Shown here: in pieces, positions 39,569-49,271 of the stretch | Position numbering within the stretch: position 1 is the first letter of the stretch | Layout of the letters: every line of letters starts with the position of its first letter | DNA from: Thermoanaerobaculum aquaticum | GTDB taxonomy: Bacteria; Acidobacteriota; UBA4820 | Reading direction: 5' to 3' | DNA: 64,000 nucleotides | Assembly: GCA_020722885.1 (NCBI GenBank) | Contig: DYJZ01000001.1 | Span: 1,144 to 65,143, forward strand | The notes under the pieces: generated by a model | What the model was told of the DNA's origin: nothing | The model's database searches: none | Seen by the model: only the letters and a program-made list of their open reading frames with translations | Position numbers and translations under genes: made by a program

Positions 39569-40541
39569 AATTTATTTTTACCTCTCTTTTTATTTTTTCA
39601 CTTTTTTTCCAGCTTTCAATTATTGAAAGGACATTAAGTGCTTCAAAATAATTACATAGACATCGAGGTTCTTTTCCCTTTATAATCGCTATGAAATCTT
39701 TGAGTTCTTCTTTATAAAGGGTATTTTCATCCCTTTTTACCAAGATAATTTTTTCTTTTTTCTTAGAAGAAATTGTAATTCTCTTTTTAGAAAAATCGTA
39801 ACTCAATGTTGTCGAAACAGAAGATAAAGTGCATTTTCGGATGTGGCTTAAACTTAAATAATCTAAAACGATTATTGAAGAACAATTTCTTTCGTATTTC
39901 AGAATTGCAGATGCATATTCTTCTTCAGCAATACCGAGTATGTTGTAGTTCTTTGCAATCCCGTAAATTCCATATGGTTTTTCAAAGAAAAAATTCAGAT
40001 AATCAATCTCGTGACTTAAATCAAGAATAACACCTCCTTCATCTTTTCTGGCTGAATAATTCTGAAGACAGTTTCTATTCTTACGCCAATGTGGTAAATA
40101 AGACCTGCATTCTGCACTTAAAAAATAAATTTCGCCAATATCCCCTGCAAGTTTAAAAAGTTTTTCAAATCCTCTGTCATATCTTAAATTGTATCCTACA
40201 TAAAGGTTGTTTTTTACATAATTTTTTATTTTCTCGGTTTGTTTTAAATTTGACGCAAGAGGTTTTTCACACAGAACAATCAGGTTTAGATCAAGGGCAA
40301 TGGAACAGTCTTCAATATGCCTCGATGTATCGGTACATATTATAACACCAATTGCCCCCATACTTTTTGCCTCTTCAAGATTTTTAGCCGTAGTGAATCC
40401 TTTTTTTTGCAACTCAACAATTCGCTCTTTTCTTACCGGAACTGCAATGGTTTTAATAGTAAGTGAACTTAAAATTTTAAGATGCCTTAGACCAATTGAA
40501 CCCGTCCCCAGTACTGCAATAACAATGTTTTCTTTATTCAT
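39558..40541 (-). CDS. Gfo/Idh/MocA-family oxidoreductase (PtmF-like position in the nonulosonate block)
   Basis: N-terminal ...IVIAVLGTGSIGLRHL... and ...VLCEKPLA... motifs. Confidence 0.65.
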   Translation of the reverse strand: MNKENIVIAVLGTGSIGLRHLKILSSLTIKTIAVPVRKERIVELQKKGFTTAKNLEEAKSMGAIGVIICTDTSRHIEDCSIALDLNLIVLCEKPLASNLKQTEKIKNYVKNNLYVGYNLRYDRGFEKLFKLAGDIGEIYFLSAECRSYLPHWRKNRNCLQNYSARKDEGGVILDLSHEIDYLNFFFEKPYGIYGIAKNYNILGIAEEEYASAILKYERNCSSIIVLDYLSLSHIRKCTLSSVSTTLSYDFSKKRITISSKKKEKIILVKRDENTLYKEELKDFIAIIKGKEPRCLCNYFEALNVLSIIESWKKSEKIKREVKINYGS

Positions 40542-41479
40542 TTTATTATCAGTGGATGCTCCTGACCTTTCTGAGGAGTTGAAAGAGGACTTTTTCTTAT
40601 CTTATAAACAACCTCTATCGATTTTCTGGAATCTTCTATTCCAAGTCCTTTTTTTTCCAACACTTCTTCATAAACCCTTGTATGAAGATTATTAAACCCT
40701 TCTGAAAATTCAATTTCTTTATTGTCCACTTTTATTGAACGAAAGGTGTTTCTGCCTTCTTTTTTTACATCTTCAGGAATAAAGCGGGGATTCAATGATA
40801 AAAACCATTTTACATCAGCCTTTTCAAGAGACATATAACCAGAAACTGTTTGTTCCTCCCTGTGAAAAATAAGTGTTTCCTTAACATTCCCAAACAGCCA
40901 TATCAAGAGGTCAAAAAAATGTATTCCGATATTTGTCGCCACACCACCAGAATACTCTTCATTCCCTTTCCAGGATACATAGTACCACCTTCCCCTCCCG
41001 GTAATGTATGTCAGTTCAACATTGAAATGCTGGCCCCTTTTTTCTATCTCCTGTTTGATATTTTTTAAAACTGGATGCAATCTTAGTTGCATAACTGTAT
41101 AAACTCTTCTTCCTGTTTCTTCTTCAAGTTCCTTAAGTGCATCGAGATTCCAGGGATTTATTACAAGAGGTTTTTCACAAATTGCATCACAATCATTTCT
41201 CAATGCGAGTCTAATATGGGCATCGTGAAGATAATTGGGAGTACATATAGAAACATAATGAACCTTTTCGTCGTTAGATTTTCTATGCTGTTTAAACAAG
41301 AATCTGTCAAACCTCTCGGTCTCGCGAAAATACATTATGTCAAGCGAATATCTGTCAAGAATTCCTACAGAATCCTTTGGATCAACTGCCGCAACGATTC
41401 TGTTGCCGGTTTGCTTTATAGCCTCAAGGTGCCTCGGAGCAATGTATCCACCTACCCCCATTACAGCAAAGTTATACAT
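40538..41479 (-). CDS. Gfo/Idh/MocA-family oxidoreductase, WbpB-like (UDP-HexNAc-uronate 3-dehydrogenase type)
   Basis: About 313 aa. ...FAVMGVGGYIAPRHL... and ...AICEKPLV.... Sits adjacent to the UDP-sugar 6-dehydrogenase, as in wbpA-wbpB. Confidence 0.6.
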   Translation of the reverse strand: MYNFAVMGVGGYIAPRHLEAIKQTGNRIVAAVDPKDSVGILDRYSLDIMYFRETERFDRFLFKQHRKSNDEKVHYVSICTPNYLHDAHIRLALRNDCDAICEKPLVINPWNLDALKELEEETGRRVYTVMQLRLHPVLKNIKQEIEKRGQHFNVELTYITGRGRWYYVSWKGNEEYSGGVATNIGIHFFDLLIWLFGNVKETLIFHREEQTVSGYMSLEKADVKWFLSLNPRFIPEDVKKEGRNTFRSIKVDNKEIEFSEGFNNLHTRVYEEVLEKKGLGIEDSRKSIEVVYKIRKSPLSTPQKGQEHPLIIK

Positions 41480-41493
41480 TATTTACCATCCTT

Positions 41494-42828
41494 TCACGAT
41501 TGAACAATGTTTGCCTTAACTTTAAGATTTTTATAAACTCCTCTCGTATCAATTATAAGCGGAACCACATTCCCGACCATCTTATAATCCACATTGGAAT
41601 GGTCGGTAATAACTATAGCAGCAGAATATTTTTTCAAATTTTTCTGTGTCAACTTTATAGATTTCATTCCTGCAAGATTTTTATGTTTTCTCGTTTCTGG
41701 ACAGATAGGCACATAAGAGTCATAAAAATCGATTTCTGCTCCTCTATCAATAAGTTTTTCAATTATTTCAAAAGCAGGGGTTTCTCTTGCATCGTCTATA
41801 TCTTTTTTGTAGGCAATTCCCAGTATGAGAATTTTTGTCCCTTTTATTGGTTTCTTCATCTGATTTAATCCAAGAGTAAGTTTTTCAATGACATATTCAG
41901 GCATTCTCCAGTTTATCTCTCCGGCAAGTTCTATGAATTTAGTGGAAAAACCGTACTCTTTTACTTTCCAAGAAAGATAAAATGGGTCAAGGGGAATACA
42001 ATGTCCTCCCCAGCCAGGTCCAGGATTGAAACGCATAAAGCCGAATGGTTTTGTGCTCGCTGCATCCAAAACTTCCCATATATCTATCCCCATTTTATCG
42101 TAAGCCATTTTTAATTCATTTACAAGAGCTATGTTTACCGCCCTGAATATGTTTTCTGTTAATTTTGTGGCTTCGGCAGTTTTTGAATCCTTAACCGAAA
42201 CGACTTTCTGGACAAAAGTGGAATAAAATAGAGTTGCAAGTTCACCCGATACTTTGCTTACTCCACCAACCACTTTTGGCGTCGTTGTTGTTGTGAAATC
42301 CTTCCTTCCTGGGTCCTCTCTTTCAGGAGAAAAGGCAAGAAAAAAGTCTTTTCCTTCTTTTAGACCTGTCTTTTCAAGAATATCTTTCATAAGTTCATCT
42401 GTTGTTCCAGGATAGGTTGTAGATTCAAGAATAATCAATTGTCCTTTTTTTAAGTTATTTTTTATAGCCTCAGTTGTAGCCAAAATGAAACTCATATCAG
42501 GTTCTCTTTGCACTGTTAGCGGTGTTGGAACACAAATCACGACTATATCCATTTCAGAGAGTCTGCTGAAATCGCCTGTTACATCAAAATGCCCCGATTT
42601 TACCATTTTTTCAAAAAGATTTTTGTCTAAATGTTTAATATACACTTTCCCATTTTTTAAGAGTTTCACTTTTTCCTTGTCAGTATCAAATCCACTTATT
42701 TTAAACCCTTTTGCGTTAATTGCAATAGCAAGGGGAAGTCCCACATACCCCATTCCGATTATTCCGACCATTGCATTGAAACTTTTAATTTTTCTTTTAA
42801 GTTCAATAAAAGTTTTACTCATTCGCAA
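41494..42828 (-). CDS. UDP-N-acetyl-hexosamine 6-dehydrogenase (UDP-glucose/GDP-mannose dehydrogenase family; WbpA/WecC-like)
   Basis: N-terminal ...VGIIGMGYVGLPLAI... Rossmann motif. Central catalytic Cys region (...GGHCIPLDPFYL...). Confidence 0.8.
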   Translation of the reverse strand: MRMSKTFIELKRKIKSFNAMVGIIGMGYVGLPLAIAINAKGFKISGFDTDKEKVKLLKNGKVYIKHLDKNLFEKMVKSGHFDVTGDFSRLSEMDIVVICVPTPLTVQREPDMSFILATTEAIKNNLKKGQLIILESTTYPGTTDELMKDILEKTGLKEGKDFFLAFSPEREDPGRKDFTTTTTPKVVGGVSKVSGELATLFYSTFVQKVVSVKDSKTAEATKLTENIFRAVNIALVNELKMAYDKMGIDIWEVLDAASTKPFGFMRFNPGPGWGGHCIPLDPFYLSWKVKEYGFSTKFIELAGEINWRMPEYVIEKLTLGLNQMKKPIKGTKILILGIAYKKDIDDARETPAFEIIEKLIDRGAEIDFYDSYVPICPETRKHKNLAGMKSIKLTQKNLKKYSAAIVITDHSNVDYKMVGNVVPLIIDTRGVYKNLKVKANIVQS

Positions 42829-43759
42829 TCCTTTCTTTCATTTTCTCAAAAGTAATTTTTAGCCCTTCCTTTATAGCAACCTGTGGTTCATAGTTCAAAT
42901 TAATTTTTGCTTTTTCGTAGCTTCCGCAGGATCTTAAAATATCATTTCTTCTGCCACTAATGTGCTCGATTTTAAGCCCGTTTATTATATGAGACATTTC
43001 AATTGCAAGCTCATTTATAGATGTTTCTTTTGCCGAACAGATATTATAAACTCCATAAGATTCGTTACTTTTCTCAACAGCAAGAAGGTTTGCCCTTGCA
43101 ACGTCATCGACAAAAACAAAATCTCTTGTCTGTTGACCACTTCCCTCTACGCAAATCTCTTTTTTTCTTAACCCTTCATTCATAAATCTGGAAATAACTG
43201 CGGAATACATTCCGTTGGGATTCTGACCTGGTCCATATACATTGAAATACCGCAGTATTTTAACAGATACATTTGTTCTTAAACTGAATTCTCTCAAAAT
43301 TTCTTCTGCAACTATCTTTGAATGAGCATAGGGAGATAAAGGATTAATTGAAGAATTTTCATCAAGTGGAATTTCTTTGTTATCTCCATATAAAGCACAA
43401 GAGGAAGCAAAAATAATTTTTTTGACGCCACTTTTTTCGGCAATTTTTGCAACTTTTATAGTTCCTCCAACATTTACATCATAACACTCTGAGCAATTTA
43501 ATTCAGATTCTGGAACGGAGATGAAAGCAGCTTGATGAAATACGACCTGAGCGTTTTCAAAGGCTCCAAAAAGAGAGCTTTCTTCTCTTATATCTCCTAT
43601 TATAAGATCAATATAAGGTTCAAAATCCTTTATATTATGAAGACTTCCAGTAGAAAGATTATCCACAACAGAAACTGCCCATCCCTGCTTTAAAAGCAGA
43701 TCAACTATATGACTACCTATAAAACCACAACCACCTGTTACGACTGCTTTATGTGCCAT
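42815..43759 (-). CDS. NAD-dependent nucleotide-sugar 4-epimerase (GalE/WbpP-like extended SDR)
   Basis: ...VTGGCGFIGSHIVDLL.... Catalytic YAHSKIVAE (Y-x3-K). Confidence 0.75.
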   Translation of the reverse strand: MAHKAVVTGGCGFIGSHIVDLLLKQGWAVSVVDNLSTGSLHNIKDFEPYIDLIIGDIREESSLFGAFENAQVVFHQAAFISVPESELNCSECYDVNVGGTIKVAKIAEKSGVKKIIFASSCALYGDNKEIPLDENSSINPLSPYAHSKIVAEEILREFSLRTNVSVKILRYFNVYGPGQNPNGMYSAVISRFMNEGLRKKEICVEGSGQQTRDFVFVDDVARANLLAVEKSNESYGVYNICSAKETSINELAIEMSHIINGLKIEHISGRRNDILRSCGSYEKAKINLNYEPQVAIKEGLKITFEKMKERIANE

Positions 43760-44858
43760 TAGCCATATTCCATAACATCCGGGTCAGTTTTGCAATAAGT
43801 CTTGTGTAATAGATAATGTATAAAGAAAAAAACCACCTGTTTTCACCATACCTCTTTTTAAGAAAAATTTTATCCGGGAAAAACCATATCATAAGCCAGA
43901 GCAGCTTACTCTTTAAACCTTCTATGTTTTTAAACTCATCAACTAATTTGTAGTATTGGCTTCTAAGTGGTTCACTGTTTTTTACAAAAGAGAAAGAATT
44001 GTTTTTTTTATCTTTCAGAAAAAAATCCAAAACTTTTTCTCCATAATCTATAGTCTCTTTCATATTAGAACTTTCTGCAATTATATTTAACTTATTTTCA
44101 TCTAATTTATTTCTTAAAAGTAACAAATCCAGTATCCATATTAGACGATGACAATTAAAGTGACTTTTAAAAGCGTGATAACAAAGGTAAACATAATTTG
44201 CCTCTGCTGAAAAGCCATAATAGCTTATTTTACCATTATTGTGCAAAATTAAATTATCACCTTCAAAGAAGATTCTGTCTGAGTTTCTTCTCCTGTCATT
44301 GGGTCCAAATCTCAAACTATGGTGCAATTCTATCATTAATTCTTTTTTATCATCGGAAACTAAAACAATGTCTTTGGAAAAATTAATGGGGTAAGCTTTT
44401 GACCTGTACAAATAATTTTGATAATTCATTCTGTAAATTTCATTTAATACTTTATAAAAGTCGTCCCTGCTCAAAATCATAATATCGAGGTCGCTTGAAG
44501 GTCTTAATTCAGGTTTAATATAAAGATTTTCCTGCAGGTCAATTCCCTTTAATATTAAAGGAGTAAAACCAGCTCGATTTAAAACACCAACAATTCTTTC
44601 AACTTTTCTCCTATAAATTTCATTGGCCCCAAAAAAATGAAAATAATAACGTTTCAATTTTTCTATGAACTCAATAGAGTTAAGCGTATTCTTACACCTA
44701 TCATAATAAAAAGAAATAACTTTTTCTTTGATAAGAAACTCAAAAAAATTTTCTTCGTTTACCTTTGTCTCATTTTCTTTTATGCACATACCACAATCAA
44801 AAAAAAATTTTTGCCATAATTTAAGTTCACTTGAATTTATTGTCCAGTTTCTTTCCAT
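43749..44858 (-). CDS. Uncharacterised nucleotidyltransferase-family protein (NTP_transf_5-like)
   Basis: Segment ...TPLILKGIDLQENLYIKPELRPSSDLDIMI... resembles the conserved core of the 'uncharacterised nucleotidyltransferase' family. Tentative. Confidence 0.45.
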   Translation of the reverse strand: MERNWTINSSELKLWQKFFFDCGMCIKENETKVNEENFFEFLIKEKVISFYYDRCKNTLNSIEFIEKLKRYYFHFFGANEIYRRKVERIVGVLNRAGFTPLILKGIDLQENLYIKPELRPSSDLDIMILSRDDFYKVLNEIYRMNYQNYLYRSKAYPINFSKDIVLVSDDKKELMIELHHSLRFGPNDRRRNSDRIFFEGDNLILHNNGKISYYGFSAEANYVYLCYHAFKSHFNCHRLIWILDLLLLRNKLDENKLNIIAESSNMKETIDYGEKVLDFFLKDKKNNSFSFVKNSEPLRSQYYKLVDEFKNIEGLKSKLLWLMIWFFPDKIFLKKRYGENRWFFSLYIIYYTRLIAKLTRMLWNMANGT

Positions 44859-44862
44859 TTTT

Positions 44863-45717
44863 CTATAGTTGCTCGTACTTTCTTACCAAATAAAGGTTTA
44901 TGTCTTTGGCAAAAGGTTTATCACTTATGACAATTATGGAATTAAGAACAAAATAGTTTCTTTGATACATTTGAGTGAATATTTCCATAGTTTTCTGACT
45001 TTGAGTGTACACTTTAACATTCCGGTAATAGCTACAACTATCGTTTGTTCCAATTATCACAATATTATTTTCTCTTTTCTCTGAACTAACAATTAAATCA
45101 AAGGCTCTTGTCCCCTGTGGACAACCAATTAAAAGTGGATAATAAAGACCGAAATTTCCCTCTGCAGGAAGGTCTCCCGCTTTTAGATAAATTAAATTGC
45201 CTGGATATTTATATAGCTCTGTCTCCTGTGGTAGTTTCCGATAAAGAAAAATGGGAGAAATCTTAGGAGATTCAAGCCAGAAAGTCCTCTTACCATTTTT
45301 ATAAATTAAAGGATATGAGAAAGTGGTTAGTTTTCCCTTACTTTTATTTAAGACAAAACTTTCTACCACAGTTGCAGTTTTATCGAAATTCTTTGCGAAA
45401 AGCGAGTATGCAGTGAGTAAATTTAAAGCGCTTTGGGGTTCCTTTTCTATTATTTCACAACCCGCCGTTGCAAGCCGCGTTTTAATTCTTTCATATACGC
45501 CATTCCTGCCACATCGTTTGGATCTCATCATTGCTATTTTAAAACACTCAACAGCCTCATCTACTCTACCCTTTAAAACATACTCTTCAGCCTTTAACAG
45601 TATGTTATAAGCACCATTTGCAAAATCTTGAGGAAAGGGCCTATCGAAATAATTAAAATTTATTATGATGGCAAACAATGAAATAACCACAGTAAAAAAA
45701 GAAAACAATTTCTTCAT
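44863..45717 (-). CDS. Hypothetical membrane-anchored/secreted protein
   Basis: N-terminal hydrophobic anchor MKKLFSFFTVVISLFAIIINF. No recognisable motif. Confidence 0.4.
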   Translation of the reverse strand: MKKLFSFFTVVISLFAIIINFNYFDRPFPQDFANGAYNILLKAEEYVLKGRVDEAVECFKIAMMRSKRCGRNGVYERIKTRLATAGCEIIEKEPQSALNLLTAYSLFAKNFDKTATVVESFVLNKSKGKLTTFSYPLIYKNGKRTFWLESPKISPIFLYRKLPQETELYKYPGNLIYLKAGDLPAEGNFGLYYPLLIGCPQGTRAFDLIVSSEKRENNIVIIGTNDSCSYYRNVKVYTQSQKTMEIFTQMYQRNYFVLNSIIVISDKPFAKDINLYLVRKYEQL

Positions 45718-47075
45718 TCTCTGATTTTTCCAATTGCTATTGCATATAGCAACACAAAAGTCGCTGCAAGAGGAATTATGTGAAATGTCATATCAAACCA
45801 AACTCTGACTATTTCCGCTAACATGGCTGCTGAAAGAAAAAATCCTTTATCATAATTTTTTAAAAAGACAAAATTTTTATAAATAATTGAAAATGCAACC
45901 GCTGAAACCAGAATAAGTCCTACTATGCCAAATTCAAAAAAACTCTGAAGGTATTCATTTTCGAGAAAGACATTTCTCATCTCAAAAAAGATAGGCCAGT
46001 CTACTATTTTTGCAGGAAACACATCCTCAAAAGAACCTATTCCGTAGCCAAGTAGATTAAATTCTGTGAAAACATTTGGATTCATTCTTATCCTGACAGA
46101 ATCACTAATTAATCCACTTTGAACTAAAAATAAAGATAATAAAAGAACAACCAGAAAATAGAACGCTGCTAAAACATTAAGCAGTGCTTTTCTTTTGTTC
46201 AATCCATATTGCACCAGAAAAAAGAATGGCAGAAGAATAAGATAAAGAAAGTTACCTTTTGAAGTTCCGCTCAAAACGAGAGCCCCCTGTAAAAGTAAAA
46301 GGGCACCTATTAAGACAAACATACCAATTTTGTCAATAATGATTCTTGTTCTTAAAGCCTTTTTCCATACAAGGTAACATAGTATCGGAAAAGTAAGATT
46401 TATAAATGCTTCTCCATGGTTTGCATTCACAAAGGGACCAAAGGCAAATGAAGCCCTTGTACTTTCTCTAAGCCATAATATGTGGGTTCTATGCTCAATT
46501 CCCTTCTCAATAAGGGCTATTATTCCAATTGCCAGTCCAATCAAACCTACAAAAAGGGCAAGCTTTCTTAGCTCGCTATTGCCCTCTTTAATAACATCCT
46601 CAAGTAAAAGCAAAAAACAGAAAAAAGAGAGTAGAGCAATAAGGGCTCTTATTGTCGCAAAGGGTGATCTTGTAATGGTAAGAAAAGATGGTGGTTCAGG
46701 TGTAATTCTCTGGCTTTCATAAGGGATCTCGGTTTTCATGAAAGGATCAATTCTGTATTTTTCACTCTGAAGTAGTTCTTCTGCCTTTGCTCCATCTTCA
46801 TACATTTGAATTCTGCTTTTGTCAATAATCCTGTAAACCGAAACTGGAAAAGGTATCAATTGAATCAGGCATACTACAATAAGAAATGAAACAAAGAGAG
46901 CCAAAATGTTTAGTTTCTTGGGCCACTGCAAAAATTTCTCATCCACAAAGGAGGCTACACCTGCCCCTAAAAAGAGAATGACTTCACAGGTCGCAACAGC
47001 CCAGTTTTCCGTGCAACCAAATGCAAAAGAGGAAAAGAGAAAGAACACTGATAGAGCAAGAAAAGATACTGTCAT
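45714..47075 (-). CDS. Polytopic membrane protein, O-antigen ligase / Wzy-like (second copy in the window)
   Basis: 453 aa with about 10-12 TM helices. Loop motif ...FGPFVNANHGEAFINL... resembles the Wzy_C/O-antigen ligase signature. Confidence 0.5.
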   Translation of the reverse strand: MTVSFLALSVFFLFSSFAFGCTENWAVATCEVILFLGAGVASFVDEKFLQWPKKLNILALFVSFLIVVCLIQLIPFPVSVYRIIDKSRIQMYEDGAKAEELLQSEKYRIDPFMKTEIPYESQRITPEPPSFLTITRSPFATIRALIALLSFFCFLLLLEDVIKEGNSELRKLALFVGLIGLAIGIIALIEKGIEHRTHILWLRESTRASFAFGPFVNANHGEAFINLTFPILCYLVWKKALRTRIIIDKIGMFVLIGALLLLQGALVLSGTSKGNFLYLILLPFFFLVQYGLNKRKALLNVLAAFYFLVVLLLSLFLVQSGLISDSVRIRMNPNVFTEFNLLGYGIGSFEDVFPAKIVDWPIFFEMRNVFLENEYLQSFFEFGIVGLILVSAVAFSIIYKNFVFLKNYDKGFFLSAAMLAEIVRVWFDMTFHIIPLAATFVLLYAIAIGKIRE

Positions 47076-48094
47076 TTTAAAAGTGTTTTCTTTCTTTTTT
47101 CTTTTTCAATAAAAACAACCGTCGGCATCTCTGGAATTGTTTCATCTTCTAAGGTTCTTTTCTCTCTCTTAATTTTTAGATGGCTACTGTCATCAAGACC
47201 TTTGCCGAAAACTCCTGAAAAAATTCCTTTAACTATACTGAAGGCACATTTTAAATGAAAAGTAATAAACGCTCTTCCAATTTTAAAAGGGTATCTACCA
47301 AAAAATGAAAAAAACAGAAAAACCGAGTATTTGAAAAAATTTGCATACAATCTTTCAACCCATATCTGGTTTCTTATTGAAACATAATTGATAAAAGGTT
47401 CGTACAAACGCTCTTTAGTTTTATCTTTGTGAAAAACCCTCGATTTAGGAATCGCAACAATTTTCCAGTATTCCCTTTTTGCCCTCAATCCAATTTCAAC
47501 ATCTTCGTAATAGAGAAAAAACTTTTCGTGAAAAAGACCGGCGTCTTCAAAAAACTCTCTTTTAAAAGCAACTGCGTTTCCCTCAGGAAAGTCAACATAC
47601 TCAAAATCACTTTTTAAACTTTCAATCTCTTTATTATAAAACCTTCTTTTGGCTCTTCCTGTCCATAAGGAAATATTTCCCCCAAGAGATTGAATCTTCT
47701 TTCCAGATTTTGACAGCGTTAGCGGACAGGCTATGCCCGTTTTCTTCTGAGCCTGCAGAGCAATAAGTAGCCTTATCAAGAATTCTTCATCGACATCTAT
47801 ATCTGGATTAAGAACAACAAAATATTCCGCTCCCCATTCGAGACCTTTTCTTATTCCAATATTGCAACATGCTCCATATCCGAGATTCTCTTCAGCCTGA
47901 ATAAAATTCTCTTCTTCCCGAAGTTCAGGCTCAATAATTTCCCTTGCGTTTTCTGTGGAACAAGAATCGATAATATAAATCTTTTTCTCGCCTCCCCCTT
48001 TTACCTTTCTTAACTGCTTTAAAAGTGAAATTGTATCTTCACTGCTGTTGTAGTTAACAATGACTATACATATTTTTGAAAATTCAATCTTCAT
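47072..48094 (-). CDS. Glycosyltransferase, GT2 family
   Basis: N-terminal ...IVIVNYNSSEDT... and DxD-containing ...VVLNPDIDV.... Confidence 0.7.
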   Translation of the reverse strand: MKIEFSKICIVIVNYNSSEDTISLLKQLRKVKGGGEKKIYIIDSCSTENAREIIEPELREEENFIQAEENLGYGACCNIGIRKGLEWGAEYFVVLNPDIDVDEEFLIRLLIALQAQKKTGIACPLTLSKSGKKIQSLGGNISLWTGRAKRRFYNKEIESLKSDFEYVDFPEGNAVAFKREFFEDAGLFHEKFFLYYEDVEIGLRAKREYWKIVAIPKSRVFHKDKTKERLYEPFINYVSIRNQIWVERLYANFFKYSVFLFFSFFGRYPFKIGRAFITFHLKCAFSIVKGIFSGVFGKGLDDSSHLKIKREKRTLEDETIPEMPTVVFIEKEKRKKTLLK

Positions 48095-48095
48095 C

Positions 48096-49271
48096 TTAGT
48101 TCAATATTTCTATTATTTCTCTTTTAAAATTTTCAGCCACTGCCTGAAACGAAAATTTTTCTGTAATTGCTTTTCTACCATTCATTCCCGCTCTTTTATT
48201 TAGCTCGGCGTTTTTAAAAATATTTATAATTTTATTCGCGTAATCTTCAGGAGTATCAGCAATGAAAAGTCCATCCTCTTCTTTCAAATCAAGACCTTCT
48301 GCCCCCTCTTTCGTGGAAACAACAGGTATTCCAAAAGCAAGGGATTCAATTATTTTGTAGCGACTTCCGCCTCCAGTAAGAATTGGAGCTATTGAAAGAA
48401 ATGCTTCTTTGTAAACTTCTTGAGGTTCATCAAATTCACCGTACAATACAACCCCACCGTCTTCAATTTTGAGATTTTTTGATCGTTTTCCAGCAACTAA
48501 CAGTCTTATATCTTTTATTCTTTCCTTTATTTCAGGAAGTACATTTTTGACAAAATAGGTAAGTCCTTCGAAGTTTGGCTCATATCCAAAATCACCAGTC
48601 ATAACAAGCGTTCTTTTTTGAGTATTTGGAAGAAGTAATGGATACATTTCGATATCAACAACATTTGGAATTGTTTTTACATTCTTTAAACCGTAAATTT
48701 CTTTATGCTTTTCTTTATCATCTAAAGAAACCACAAAAATTCTCCTCGCTTTTTTAAAATGCTTTTTTTCAAATCGTTTTTGTTTTAAAAAATCAAGGTT
48801 AAAAAGTATATTTAAAGGAAACGGCGAATTGAGACTCCTTTTCTTAAGAACAAGAGAATCAAGATTGTGCTGGTCAAGAACTATTTCTCTCTTTTCATTT
48901 TTTTTTAAAATATCCATTAGCCAGATTGCTTCAAGCCATAAAACCGCACCATCATACTTTCCTCGAAGAGAGTAGAGTTTTTTCCTAAAATCAGCAATAT
49001 TAAGATGTCTTCCCGAAGCGGGGAAAAAAGTGAATGGCTCCTTTAACCTATTAAATATTTTTGAAAAAAACCCATTACCTCTACATTTTATTAAATATGC
49101 ATCAGAACAATATTTTTTAGCCTCTTCAACATCACTTAAATCGTTCCCCTGCGCAATCAAAACAACTTCTGTTAGAGAAGACAAAGTTTTTACAATGAAT
49201 GACACTCTTTTCTCTGCACCAACTTTTGAAGGAAAAGGGAAAAAATGTGAAAGAACAATCACAGGTTTCAA
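48096..49271 (-). CDS. Glycosyltransferase, GT4 family
   Basis: C-terminal ...GGGSRYKIIESLAFGIPVVST... Glycos_transf_1-like region. Confidence 0.7.
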   Translation of the reverse strand: MKPVIVLSHFFPFPSKVGAEKRVSFIVKTLSSLTEVVLIAQGNDLSDVEEAKKYCSDAYLIKCRGNGFFSKIFNRLKEPFTFFPASGRHLNIADFRKKLYSLRGKYDGAVLWLEAIWLMDILKKNEKREIVLDQHNLDSLVLKKRSLNSPFPLNILFNLDFLKQKRFEKKHFKKARRIFVVSLDDKEKHKEIYGLKNVKTIPNVVDIEMYPLLLPNTQKRTLVMTGDFGYEPNFEGLTYFVKNVLPEIKERIKDIRLLVAGKRSKNLKIEDGGVVLYGEFDEPQEVYKEAFLSIAPILTGGGSRYKIIESLAFGIPVVSTKEGAEGLDLKEEDGLFIADTPEDYANKIINIFKNAELNKRAGMNGRKAITEKFSFQAVAENFKREIIEILN

